A stretch of DNA of 64,000 bases, from NCBI GenBank assembly GCA_019058245.1, contig JAHPZJ010000027.1:1-64000 (forward strand), given 5' to 3'. Within the stretch, counting starts at the first letter, position 1. Every line of letters begins with the position of its first letter. Position numbers and translations under genes: made by a program. Shown here one piece after another: positions 10,273 through 20,514 of this stretch. The notes under the pieces were generated by a model that saw nothing but the letters and a program-made list of their open reading frames with translations, ran no database searches and was not told where the DNA came from. This stretch comes from Promethearchaeota archaeon. Lineage in GTDB: Archaea > Asgardarchaeota > Lokiarchaeia > Sigyniarchaeales > SOKP01.

Positions 10273-10749
10273 TTAAAACTCATATTTATTTAATCCTTTC
10301 ATTAGATTATTGATAATTTCATCTCTTACTGTTCGAAAAAGTTCATCATTCATTGAAGGATCGTCAATATCTCCCTTTTCTTCAGCAAATTCTTTTATTG
10401 TTAAAATATCTTTACTATTTATATCAAAAATATTTTGGATATCTTCTTTGTGTTTGTTTGTTAAGGTAAGAATTAAATCAGCATCCTTTATATATTCATG
10501 ATGCCTCTTTAAATCAATTGACAAGGCACTATCTGATAATTTAATTCCAACTTCTTCCATAACTAGTTTTGCATCCATGGAAATTGTCATTCCATCTCTG
10601 GCATTGGGAGCAATACCCCCAGAATTCACTTTAATTTCAAAATTCATTTTTTTGAAAAAATCTCTTAAAAATCCTTCTGCCATTCTTGATCTAGCAGTAT
10701 TTACAGAACATACTACCAAAATAGAGTGATAAGGGAATTTATTAATCAT
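10273..10749 (-). CDS. Low-molecular-weight protein phosphatase/ArsC family
   Basis: P-loop VCSVNTARSRMAE and DIDDP. Confidence 0.85.
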   Translation of the reverse strand: MINKFPYHSILVVCSVNTARSRMAEGFLRDFFKKMNFEIKVNSGGIAPNARDGMTISMDAKLVMEEVGIKLSDSALSIDLKRHHEYIKDADLILTLTNKHKEDIQNIFDINSKDILTIKEFAEEKGDIDDPSMNDELFRTVRDEIINNLMKGLNKYEF

Positions 10750-10788
10750 TATGATGTTAAAAAGAAAGATTAAAAATAACTGTTATTA

Positions 10789-11478
10789 TTATCTGAAACT
10801 ATCAATATCCGCAAATTTGATACCTAATTTCTTCATATTACTAAGAGCATTATTTATATTGCCTTCTGGTAAATCAACTCCCCGTGTTAAACGATCTATG
10901 AAATATACTTCATAACCAAACTCAAGACCGTCCATCGCTGTATAGTAGCAACAGTAATCTAGAGCTAAGCCACATATAAAAATTCGCTGAATATTTTTTG
11001 AGTTTAGATATTTTCTCAGACCTGTTTCAGTTTTCTTATCATTATCCCGAAATCCAGAATAACTATCAACCTTGTGACGTATACCTTTTTGAATAATCTT
11101 ATTTGCTAATTGTGTATTTAGATCTTTATGAAATTTTGCCCCATTAGTACCTTGTACACAGTGATCGGGCCATAAAACTGGACCAATGGCTCCATTTTTC
11201 GATATATATTCATCCCCTGGTTTTTTCCCTTCGTGATTACTAGCAAATGATAAATGATTTTTTGGATGCCAATCTTGAGTTAATACAATGATGGCCTTAT
11301 TATCTTTAAATTTTTTAGCGAGATTATTAATATCATCAATTATTAAGTCTCCCTCATTAACTGCTAATGTTCCTCCGGGAATAAAATCATTTTGAATATC
11401 AATAATTATTAAAGCATCCTTATTATTAATTTGAATATTTTTTTCATACTTGTTTTGCATTTCAATAATCGCTTTCAA
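10789..11478 (-). CDS. pncA: Nicotinamidase/pyrazinamidase
   Basis: IDIQNDFIPGG, TQDWHP, WPDHC, GLALDYC. Confidence 0.92.
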   Translation of the reverse strand: MKAIIEMQNKYEKNIQINNKDALIIIDIQNDFIPGGTLAVNEGDLIIDDINNLAKKFKDNKAIIVLTQDWHPKNHLSFASNHEGKKPGDEYISKNGAIGPVLWPDHCVQGTNGAKFHKDLNTQLANKIIQKGIRHKVDSYSGFRDNDKKTETGLRKYLNSKNIQRIFICGLALDYCCYYTAMDGLEFGYEVYFIDRLTRGVDLPEGNINNALSNMKKLGIKFADIDSFR

Positions 11479-11514
11479 TAATTTAATATAATATGATGTA
11501 TGGGCTAATAGTAA

Positions 11515-12201
11515 TTAAATGCTTTTGTGAAAAAGATAATAAGCATTAACTAAGTACCATAATAAAATGGAAAAAATTACTATCCATTCATAAATCGGCA
11601 TTATTGTGTATATAGCACGACCAAATGAATAACATATCTCTGGAAAATAATTACAAAAATTTGTTATGAAAAATGGTATCAAATAAGAAATAAAAATCCC
11701 AGCAATTATAAAATTAAAATACATAATAGATTTTGAAAATTTAGAATTTTTTAACATTAAATATCCAAAAAGAGTGCAAGTAATAGCCCCACCAATCCAA
11801 CTTAGAAGTGCCAGCGAACCATGTAAGTTACTAATGAACTCGTTTACACCAGTAAAAATTCCGGTTAATGCAGCACTTATTGATGTAAAGATCCCCACTG
11901 CAACTGTTAATTTTCTTAAATTTTCATTAATATTTTCATCTTTCAATACTCTTCCAAGATAAATAATAAAAAGAATGGCAATAATATTAGAGATTATATT
12001 TCCTAATCTCAAAAAAATTCCCCCTGTTCTATGACCTAATACGCTTATTGATTTTTCCCACATTACATAGTCTCCCATTAAACAAGATATTACAAGTGCC
12101 AAAATATCTCCGGTAAACCCAATTATAAATGTTAGGAAACCAAAGTTTTCTCCCGATATTAAATTGTATATTTTGTCAAAAAACTCATTTATTTTCTTCA
12201 T
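11515..12201 (-). CDS. DUF998-like membrane protein
   Basis: Five hydrophobic segments, SISVLG, conserved His (NLHG) and EW; paralog of the next gene. Confidence 0.55.
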   Translation of the reverse strand: MKKINEFFDKIYNLISGENFGFLTFIIGFTGDILALVISCLMGDYVMWEKSISVLGHRTGGIFLRLGNIISNIIAILFIIYLGRVLKDENINENLRKLTVAVGIFTSISAALTGIFTGVNEFISNLHGSLALLSWIGGAITCTLFGYLMLKNSKFSKSIMYFNFIIAGIFISYLIPFFITNFCNYFPEICYSFGRAIYTIMPIYEWIVIFSILLWYLVNAYYLFHKSI

Positions 12202-12286
12202 AATGATCTTTCTCCCTTTATAACTTTAAAATGTTTATCTAATGGCTTAAAAATTATAATAGTAAAAATATCAAGCTAATAAATTT

Positions 12287-12937
12287 TTAAATTTTTTTAT
12301 GAATAACATAAATTGATATAATCAAATACCATAAAATTAGCGATAAAGTATTCAACCATTCCAAACTGGGTAATATAATCATTAAAAATCTCAATACTGG
12401 AAATAAATGTAATATAAAGAAAACTAACATTATACTCAAGGTAAAGGTTGTAAATAGACCACAATATCCTAAGTATTTTGAATAATTTGATGAATCAATT
12501 ATTAAAGAATTATAAAGACTAATATATAATAAACCAGATATCCAAGTGGTTACAGCACTAATTCCATGAATGTATGCAATTATGAGATTAGAACCACAAA
12601 AAACACCTAATATCATAAAACTTGTACAGGAAATTATTCCTGAAATTTTAGCACACATTCTAACATTATCATTGACTTCTTCTTCATTAAATGTTTTTTC
12701 AAGATAAATCAAAAATATAAATGCAAAAAAACCCGAAATTACTGTACCTGATTGAAAAAACAGCCAACCTGGTCCTAAACATAATGAACTTACGGCTCTC
12801 CGTAGTGGATTATATTCAGGATACATTAAATATGCAACTAAATCACCTATCCCTCCAAAAATAATAGATAATAATCCATATACTCCAAATGATATTTTCT
12901 GTAAAGATTTATTGATATTTATTCTGAACTTTACCAT
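12287..12937 (-). CDS. DUF998-like membrane protein
   Basis: YPEYNP..AVSSL, YIHG, LEW; tandem paralog of 11515-12201. Confidence 0.6.
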   Translation of the reverse strand: MVKFRININKSLQKISFGVYGLLSIIFGGIGDLVAYLMYPEYNPLRRAVSSLCLGPGWLFFQSGTVISGFFAFIFLIYLEKTFNEEEVNDNVRMCAKISGIISCTSFMILGVFCGSNLIIAYIHGISAVTTWISGLLYISLYNSLIIDSSNYSKYLGYCGLFTTFTLSIMLVFFILHLFPVLRFLMIILPSLEWLNTLSLILWYLIISIYVIHKKI

Positions 12938-13094
12938 TTCAAAATGCTCCTATATTTACTTAAAAGATAATTCTATAGGTTAATTATAAATATCTTTTTG
13001 TTATTTGGAAATTAATTTAAGACTTTAAAAAGTAAAACTACTTATAAATCCATTTATATTTCAAATTAGAGCTGTTCAGAATATTGAAAACAAG

Positions 13095-14228
13095 TTATTT
13101 AGGTAAACAGACTATAAAAGTTGATCCTTTGTTTATACCTTGAGATTTTACAATTATTTTACCCTTATGCAATTGAACTATTTCTTTCGAAATATATAAA
13201 CCCAAACCTGCACCTTCAGTATTAGTTTCCAAATTATTATCAAATCTATTGATTTTACTAAACTTCTTAAACAATTGTCCTTTCTCTTTGTTTGTTAATC
13301 CAATACCAGTATCCTTGACTGAGATTTCTATGTTTTCTTTTTTAACATTTAAGTTAATAAAAATTGTACCATTAGAGGGCGTAAATTTTAATGCATTAGA
13401 TATCAGATTAATTATAACTTGCTCTAATCTAATTCGATCAATGCTCAAAATACACTTTTGAGGTACATCTACTTTGATATTAATTTTTCTTTTATGTGCT
13501 CTAAGTTTTAAATCATTAACGCAATCTTGTATTAATTCAACAAGATCTTCATCTTTCAAGTCTAATTGCAATTCATCTGATTCTAATTTAGATATATCAA
13601 GCAGATTATCAATCAAAAGGCTTAATTTTTGGCTTCCCCTATATATTATTTCAAGGTAATTTAATTCATTCTCTCTAAATTGTTCTTTGAAATTTTTTAA
13701 GAGAAATTGGGATGCCGCATAAACAGAGTTCAATGGAGTTTTGAGTTCATGAGATGCTTTCATTATCAATTCGCTTTTTATTTGACTTAATTCTTCTAAT
13801 TTTTTATATTCTTCAAGATGAATACTTTCAGACTTCTTACGTTCAGATATATCTCGGGAGATTATAACTGCTTTAGTAATTCCACCTGTATCAATAAATT
13901 TCTTCCCTTTATGTTCAAACCAGATATAATGTCCATCTTTATGCATCAGTCTCATTTCATTTCTACTTTCCCCATATTTAAAAATATTTCTTATTGTTTT
14001 AGTGGCTATTTTCAAATCATCAGGATGTATGTTAAGAAGTGGGTTCTTTCCAATTAACTCTTCTCTTAAATAGCCCAAACTATCAAAAACTGCTTTCTCA
14101 TTAATATATTCATGCTCTAATTTATCATTTAAAATTGTAATTAAGTCATTAGCATTATCTAAAATCATTTTATATTTTTTCTCTGAATTACTTAATAGTT
14201 CTTCATTTGTCATAAATCCATTAAACAC
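13095..14228 (-). CDS. Cytoplasmic PAS-domain histidine kinase
   Basis: PAS (IHPDD), H-box SHELKTPL, N-box NLISNALKF, DTGIG, GAGLGL. Confidence 0.92.
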   Translation of the reverse strand: MFNGFMTNEELLSNSEKKYKMILDNANDLITILNDKLEHEYINEKAVFDSLGYLREELIGKNPLLNIHPDDLKIATKTIRNIFKYGESRNEMRLMHKDGHYIWFEHKGKKFIDTGGITKAVIISRDISERKKSESIHLEEYKKLEELSQIKSELIMKASHELKTPLNSVYAASQFLLKNFKEQFRENELNYLEIIYRGSQKLSLLIDNLLDISKLESDELQLDLKDEDLVELIQDCVNDLKLRAHKRKINIKVDVPQKCILSIDRIRLEQVIINLISNALKFTPSNGTIFINLNVKKENIEISVKDTGIGLTNKEKGQLFKKFSKINRFDNNLETNTEGAGLGLYISKEIVQLHKGKIIVKSQGINKGSTFIVCLPK

Positions 14229-14537
14229 TTTTATTTCCTCATCTTAGCCTTTTCTATTATAGATTTTTTATTTTCATTAAATTTCTGATAAATTTTCTAT
14301 ATTTATCCTGTTAAAGAAAAAATTTCAGGACCTCGTCAAATCAGTATTCATCTAATGTAAATAATATGGAATACAAGGTAACTTATAGTTATATTTTTAT
14401 GGAGATTGTCTATTTGTACTATATACTGATACGAAATAAGTTCTCGGATTAGTTAACAAAAAGATTTAATTTGTTATCTAATTTATGATATTTATAATAA
14501 CAATAATACCCAAAAATTACAGATTCTATTATTATAG

Positions 14538-14639
14538 GCGCTCGTAGTATAGTGGTCAGTATGCTAGGTTCCCAACCTCGCGACCCGGGAAGTCATTTCA
14601 TTTCGAGGTTACTCGGGATTTCAATTCCCGGCGGGCGCA
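14538..14639 (+). tRNA. tRNA-Gly(CCC) with a 30-nt intron at non-canonical position 53/54 (14590-14619)
   Basis: Acceptor stem GCGCTCG/CGGGCGC, anticodon loop TT-CCC-AA; removing 14590-14619 restores CCGGG-TTCAATT-CCCGG; BHB with central helix CCCG/CGGG. Confidence 0.9.
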
Positions 14640-14738
14640 CTCTTTAAACTTTTTGAAAAACTCAATTTCAAATAAAAGTTAAGAATCTATTTTCATTTAT
14701 TGACCTTCTTAAGAAGATATGTAGATTTACGAATAAGC

Positions 14739-14993
14739 TTAGTTACCTAGACTTTTAAGAAAATTAATTGAGGGGAAGGAACTAGTTTCAATTTCCTCAC
14801 ATAAATCAGATACTTTACCGAATAATGATGCTGCTTTTTTAAAACTTCCATCTTTCTTATAATCTTCAGCTTCAGGCATCTTAATCATTTTAATAAGAAG
14901 TGGTTTAAATAATTCAAGTATTTCATATACATTTTCTAATATCTTTTTAGTTAAATATATTTTATTGTTAATTTCATCTTCTTTTATAGACAT
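14739..14993 (-). CDS. Small hypothetical protein
   Basis: 84-aa ORF with ATG start and typical composition. Confidence 0.55.
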   Translation of the reverse strand: MSIKEDEINNKIYLTKKILENVYEILELFKPLLIKMIKMPEAEDYKKDGSFKKAASLFGKVSDLCEEIETSSFPSINFLKSLGN

Positions 14994-15383
14994 ATCGACT
15001 TTTCTCGGTTTTATTTATATCTTTTTAATTAAATAAAATTTAATATGTATCTACTTAAATCTTTTGGTTTTTTTTTTTAAATTTGTATATTTACATACAA
15101 ATAAATCTTAGATTTTTTTTCAAACCTTTTTTGTAGCAAAAAAGATTCATTGATTTTAATTTTTGGGATAAATTTTTGTGATTTTAAGTAAAAATTATAT
15201 TTTACTTATCATGGATTTTTATCACTATTTTTATTATTTGTAAATTTTGTGAGTACAAAATCAAGTAAGATTGAATTACCTCAAAACTTTCTTTATTTAT
15301 AAAAATTCTATAAAATTTATCTTTTCTTCAAATTATAAATCTTAGAATCTAAATTAATGATGAAATGATTCAAATATTTTACT

Positions 15384-16028
15384 TTACTGGATTTTTTTTA
15401 TCTTTTTTAGAAGATCACGCATATGAAGGTTCCCCATCCCAAATTTAACTTGAAAAGCAAACATTAAAACTAAATTAAATTTTTTTCCATCAAAAGCAAT
15501 AATATTTGAGATGAATTTTTCGTTATTTTCTAATTCGAGATACATTTTTTTAACACGAATAAGGTTTTTCTCATTTCGAACTTCAAATTCTCTAATTGTA
15601 TTGAATAATGTTGTTTGAGGCAAAGATGAATATAATACTTTTCCCTCTATTGTAAAAAATCCTGAACCAATAATTTCTTTATCATCGACACATTCTCGTA
15701 ATAATTTGATAATATTTTGGAAAATCGGTGAGGAAGTAAAATCTTCTGTATCATACGTATCATCGCTACTTTCATAGAACTCCATTTTAGAAAACTCAAA
15801 ATCAACAGTTTGATATCCTCTTACTTTAAAATTTTTGTCTACAAAAGCCTGAAAACTATGTTCACAACATAAATTTGAAGGAATTGATATTGTAGTTAAT
15901 TGTTTACTTTGATCAATAACTTTCTTAGGAATCCTCAAATGTTTATTAGTCGAACATTGTGGACATCTAATCATAATTTCCTGTAAATCAATTTTGTTAT
16001 TTTGTTTTATATCCTCTTGAGCACTCAT
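15384..16028 (-). CDS. Zn-ribbon plus roadblock/profilin-like domain protein
   Basis: CPQC...CCEH in the N-terminal half; C-terminal IIGSGFFTIEGKVLYSSL pattern typical of the roadblock/longin fold. Confidence 0.55.
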   Translation of the reverse strand: MSAQEDIKQNNKIDLQEIMIRCPQCSTNKHLRIPKKVIDQSKQLTTISIPSNLCCEHSFQAFVDKNFKVRGYQTVDFEFSKMEFYESSDDTYDTEDFTSSPIFQNIIKLLRECVDDKEIIGSGFFTIEGKVLYSSLPQTTLFNTIREFEVRNEKNLIRVKKMYLELENNEKFISNIIAFDGKKFNLVLMFAFQVKFGMGNLHMRDLLKKIKKIQ

Positions 16029-16514
16029 TTTTTCCCCTAATTATTTTTAAAATAAGTAATTATAATTTTGATTTTAATATTAAAAATATTCTTTCTCCTC
16101 TTTTTAATTATTCATAAAACAACTTTAAAAAAATTATAGAGTTGTATTAAAATTTTTTTAATGTGTAAAATCAATATACTGCATACTTTTTTATATTCAA
16201 AAGTACACATATTATCTATTTTTTTAGAGTTATTTAATTTTTTGTCATACATTATCTTTCCATAAAATTTAATAATCTTGAATATAAAAAAAAAGTTTGA
16301 TTAAGAAGATTTGATTCGGAGGAGTACAACTTTTATTGTAAAAAATAGATTTATATATTCCTTCTAATATATTTTTTTTAGTTCAAAATAAAGTTAGGTA
16401 TATAACAAATAACAGAAATAATTAGTTTTTTACAACAATAATTAGTTCTTCTGATATATATGAAAAGAATTCTCTTAAATAATAACTCTACAAAAATATT
16501 AATATGAATCTAAT

Positions 16515-17333
16515 ATGATCGCTATGAACACCACTCGAAATCCAGATCAATCTAATAAAAAATTGCATATGCTCGGTTATGGGTTATTAAATATTTCAGA
16601 TCTCAAGTCTGGTGGAAAACTTAATGTGACTTTTCAATATGGTATAGGGGTATCGCTAATTCAAAATATTTTCGAATTATATAAAAATGAAATTGTCAGC
16701 AAAAAACAGGGAAATTCTATTGTTCCTTTAGAAGAATTTACAATTTATATTCAGTATTTTAAAAATGGAGAAGAAAACATATCTGTAATAATATATATGG
16801 AAGAAAAGGAACCAAACGTACCTGTAAATTATCCAAAATTATACTTTTTGTCGAAAAAAATCAATAAACAAATTCTTTCTGGGACACCCATACCAAAACT
16901 AAGAGATATTTTTAAATCTGAGATTGAGATTCCAAAATCTGATGGGGTTATAGCAATATTCATTATTGGATCCACTGGAAGTCCATTTGTTTCAAAGATT
17001 AATAAAAGTCGTTCAAGTATAGCTGAGCATGAAGTTCACATAGGTGGATTTATTTCAGCTTTATTATCATTTTCAAATACAATTATCGGTGAGGAAACTG
17101 GCGCCAAGCTTAAAGAGATTAATTTTGGAAACCAACAATTTTACGTCATATCAAAGAGTAATGTTATTTTTGCCTTTTTAGTTGAAAATATGAATTCATT
17201 ACTTCAAAGATATATGTATCTTCTCACGGATGAATTTCTTTTCGATTTCCGCGACTATATAAAGGATTTTAATGGGGATGTTACTCCATTTAATGAATTC
17301 GAAAAGAAAATAAATCAATATTTTATAATTTAA
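16515..17333 (+). CDS. Longin-like domain protein, first gene of the che operon
   Basis: IAIFIIGSTGSP...GGFISAL.SF...LKEINFGN...FNGDV.PF.EF pattern typical of Asgard longin domains. Confidence 0.6.
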   Translation: MIAMNTTRNPDQSNKKLHMLGYGLLNISDLKSGGKLNVTFQYGIGVSLIQNIFELYKNEIVSKKQGNSIVPLEEFTIYIQYFKNGEENISVIIYMEEKEPNVPVNYPKLYFLSKKINKQILSGTPIPKLRDIFKSEIEIPKSDGVIAIFIIGSTGSPFVSKINKSRSSIAEHEVHIGGFISALLSFSNTIIGEETGAKLKEINFGNQQFYVISKSNVIFAFLVENMNSLLQRYMYLLTDEFLFDFRDYIKDFNGDVTPFNEFEKKINQYFII

Positions 17334-17351
17334 AAAAAGGTTATCAAAAAA

Positions 17352-17885
17352 ATGAGTCAAAAACAAGAATATGAAGGAATAAATCAAGTGTCTATCCTCT
17401 CCTTCCAGATTGGATGGGAAGAGTTCTGCATTGATTTGAATGATGTTAAGGAAATAATTCAAGCAGGGTTAGTAAGAAAATTGCCTAAAAGCTTAGATTA
17501 CATAGATGGAATCTATAATTATAGAGGAGAAATTATTCATGTAATTAACTTAAAGAAAAAACTAGAATTGGATCAATCTCTATTATATCAATCTCGAAAT
17601 TCCTCATATAAACAAGATTTGAAATCTACGAAGAAATTCATCATCATCCTAAAGATTGATAACAATTTAATTGGGGTTTATACAGATTCTATCCTTAGTA
17701 TCGATCATATAAACCCTTCTGAGATAATAGGATTAAGTCCAATCTTTCAGACCAGTGTTGCTATTGATTATATTAAAGGAATTATTAAATTCGAAGAAAG
17801 ACCAAGAATTCTGCTTGATTTAAGTAAAATTTTCAATGATATTGATAAATTTAGAATTAAGCAAGATTTATCATCTTTAACATAA
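17352..17885 (+). CDS. cheW: Chemotaxis coupling protein CheW
   Basis: VKEII, LPKS..YIDGIYNYRGEII.VINL, IKGII...ILLDL. Confidence 0.88.
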   Translation: MSQKQEYEGINQVSILSFQIGWEEFCIDLNDVKEIIQAGLVRKLPKSLDYIDGIYNYRGEIIHVINLKKKLELDQSLLYQSRNSSYKQDLKSTKKFIIILKIDNNLIGVYTDSILSIDHINPSEIIGLSPIFQTSVAIDYIKGIIKFEERPRILLDLSKIFNDIDKFRIKQDLSSLT

Positions 17886-17912
17886 AATCAAATAAAAATA
17901 GGAGTTGATAAT

Positions 17913-18299
17913 ATGGTAAAAAATGAAAAAAAGAAGGTTCTAATAGTAGATGATGCTCAGTTTACGCGTAACATGCTTAAAAACATAATTAATAAAATTG
18001 AACAAATTGAAGTTGTAGGTGAAGCTTCAAATGGAGTAGAAGCAATCTCCTTATATAAAAAATTAAATCCAGACTTAGTTACTATGGATTTAGTAATGCC
18101 AGAAAAGGGTGGTATTGAAGCAACAGAGGAGATTCTGAAAATAAACCCAAAAGCAATAATTATTGTGGTTTCTGCACTAGGTCAAGAAGCTTTAGTTCTT
18201 GAAGCAGCAAAAAAAGGGGCAAAAGATTTCATTCAGAAGCCCTTCAAGAATGAGCAAATCTTAGAGGTAATGAACCGAATACTAAAATCTGGCGAGTAA
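17913..18299 (+). CDS. cheY: Chemotaxis response regulator CheY
   Basis: Stand-alone receiver: VDDA, MDLVMP, SA, KPF; lies between cheW and cheA. Confidence 0.92.
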   Translation: MVKNEKKKVLIVDDAQFTRNMLKNIINKIEQIEVVGEASNGVEAISLYKKLNPDLVTMDLVMPEKGGIEATEEILKINPKAIIIVVSALGQEALVLEAAKKGAKDFIQKPFKNEQILEVMNRILKSGE

Positions 18300-18384
18300 A
18301 CTCACCAAGAAGAGTATTATGAATGCAATCATCAAATAAATATAAAAAAAAGGAATTAAAATAATAAGGATATAAGGTGATTAT

Positions 18385-20460
18385 GTGTCATCTAAAGACG
18401 ATATAAAACTTTTTATAAGTGAAGCTGAGGATTTGATTCAGAAGACGGAGGATGAAATTCTAACTCTGGAAGAAAATCCTAATAATTCTAAACCGATTAA
18501 AGAACTCTTCTTCACATTTCATACATTAAAGGGATTAACCGCAATGGTTGGCTTTGACAATTTATCTAAGTTCTGCCATCATTTTGAATCATTTTTAGAT
18601 AATGCTCAGAAGAATAAAGTTTCTAAAACGAAAAGAGATAATTTCATAGACATGCTATTTGAGAGTCTTGATGTGTTAAAAAATGTCTTAAATCAGGTAA
18701 AAAAAGGAGATATGAAAGATATTGATGCAAATTTTGTTGAAGATATAAAAAATAGCTTTGAAAGTTTTGAAACTGAAGAATATGATATCACCTTTATTGA
18801 AGCTTTAAATTTAGAAGAAATTTCTAAATTACTTAATCAGAATCAAAATAAATCATTCAAGATTTATATTCGTCTTGAAGACACCTGTGTTTTTAAAAAA
18901 GTAAGATTATTCATTATCTTTAGAGCATTAAATGAAAATGGTAAAATATGTTGGACTAATCCTGTTCCTGAGGAGTTAGAAAGAGCAACAATCAGAAATG
19001 ATTTTGAAATATACTTTATCACTAAAAATAATAAAGAGAATATTTTCCAGATTTTAGATGAGATCTTAGAAATAGAAAACATTGTTATTACACCAATAAA
19101 ATCTGAAGAATTCAAGAATACAATTGCCGATCTCAAGGGAAAATGGGAACTTCAAAAATCAGCTTCAATAAGTGATGATATAATTATTGAAGATTATGAT
19201 GAAGAAGTTGATGTTGAAGAAATTGAGAGAGTTTCTCATATTACAGAGGGTTATACAGATGGTACTGTTAAAATTATGAGTGTTAAAGTTAATATTGAAT
19301 ATCTAGAGGAACTAATGAATTATTTCGGAGAGTTGGTAATAATGAAAAATCATATTAGTCAACTTTTAAAAGAAAAAGAAGATAGAACACTAGCAAGATT
19401 AATCGATAAAATGGATAAACCCTTTTTAGATATTCAAGAAATTCTTTTTAAATTAAAATTAGTTAGAGTTGAATCAACTTTCAGAAAATATAAACGCTTA
19501 GTTCGTGATGTGGCAAATGAAACAGGGAAAAAAATAAGACTAATTTTAGAAGGAACTAATGTTGAAATCGATAGAAAAATTTTAGAAGAAATTAATTCTC
19601 CTCTAGTTCATTTACTTAGAAATGCAATTTATCATGGTATTGAACCACCAAAAGAACGAATTAAAAAAGGTAAAGATGAATTTGGAATCTTAAAACTAAG
19701 AACATATAGAAGAGCAGGATCAATTTTTATAGAGGTCCAAGATGATGGTGCTGGTATTAATTATGATAAAATAAGAGAACAGGTTGTGAATAAAGGATAT
19801 TATGATATAGATGAGGCCAAAGAATTAACCAAAGAAGATTTAAATCACTTTATTCTTTTACCTGGGTTTTCTACACTCTCGGATGCAGACCTTATTTCAG
19901 GGAGAGGTATGGGGTTGGCTATTGTAGCCGAGAGAATTAAGGAATTGGGTGGTGATTTTAGCATCCATTCAGAAAAAGATATAGGTACGAAATTTACATT
20001 AGACGTACCCTTTACGAGGGCAATATTAAGAGCTCAATTAATCCAAATAGCTGATGATTTATTTGCAATTCCAACTGAAAATATAAAACAAATATATTTT
20101 TACAATCCTAACCAAGTTGAATACATTGAGGGAGAACAATATTATAAAATAGATTCAAAAATAGTACCTTTAATTCATTTAAGTGACCATTTAAATATGG
20201 TAAATGAAAGTGAGACGAATTCTCATAAAAAAATCGCTATATGGTGCCAAAAAGATGAAGAAAATTCAGCAGTATTTGTTGCTGATAAACAACTTCAACA
20301 GTTGGATGTAGTTGTTAAACCTTTTAAATCTAATTTTTCTGACTCTCGTGATATATTAGGTTCTACAATTACAGGTGAAGGAATTATTTGCCTAATAATT
20401 GATGTGTTGAGCATTATTACCTCTAAAACAAATGAAAAAATAATTTCTAATTTAACATAA
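18385..20460 (+). CDS. cheA: Chemotaxis histidine kinase CheA
   Basis: HPt FHTLKG, P2, dimerisation domain, HLLRNA.HG, DDGAG, PGFST, SGRGMG, C-terminal CheW-like P5. Confidence 0.95.
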   Translation: MSSKDDIKLFISEAEDLIQKTEDEILTLEENPNNSKPIKELFFTFHTLKGLTAMVGFDNLSKFCHHFESFLDNAQKNKVSKTKRDNFIDMLFESLDVLKNVLNQVKKGDMKDIDANFVEDIKNSFESFETEEYDITFIEALNLEEISKLLNQNQNKSFKIYIRLEDTCVFKKVRLFIIFRALNENGKICWTNPVPEELERATIRNDFEIYFITKNNKENIFQILDEILEIENIVITPIKSEEFKNTIADLKGKWELQKSASISDDIIIEDYDEEVDVEEIERVSHITEGYTDGTVKIMSVKVNIEYLEELMNYFGELVIMKNHISQLLKEKEDRTLARLIDKMDKPFLDIQEILFKLKLVRVESTFRKYKRLVRDVANETGKKIRLILEGTNVEIDRKILEEINSPLVHLLRNAIYHGIEPPKERIKKGKDEFGILKLRTYRRAGSIFIEVQDDGAGINYDKIREQVVNKGYYDIDEAKELTKEDLNHFILLPGFSTLSDADLISGRGMGLAIVAERIKELGGDFSIHSEKDIGTKFTLDVPFTRAILRAQLIQIADDLFAIPTENIKQIYFYNPNQVEYIEGEQYYKIDSKIVPLIHLSDHLNMVNESETNSHKKIAIWCQKDEENSAVFVADKQLQQLDVVVKPFKSNFSDSRDILGSTITGEGIICLIIDVLSIITSKTNEKIISNLT

Positions 20461-20514
20461 TTTTTTAAGAAGAATTAAAGTATCAAAAGAAGATAAACTT
20501 GGAGGAAACATAAT

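Noticed and set aside
14994-16514. Long AT-rich intergenic stretches as a replication origin or ncRNA
   Set aside because: No ORB-like repeats, no cdc6/orc1 neighbour and no convincing stems; consistent with ordinary promoter regions
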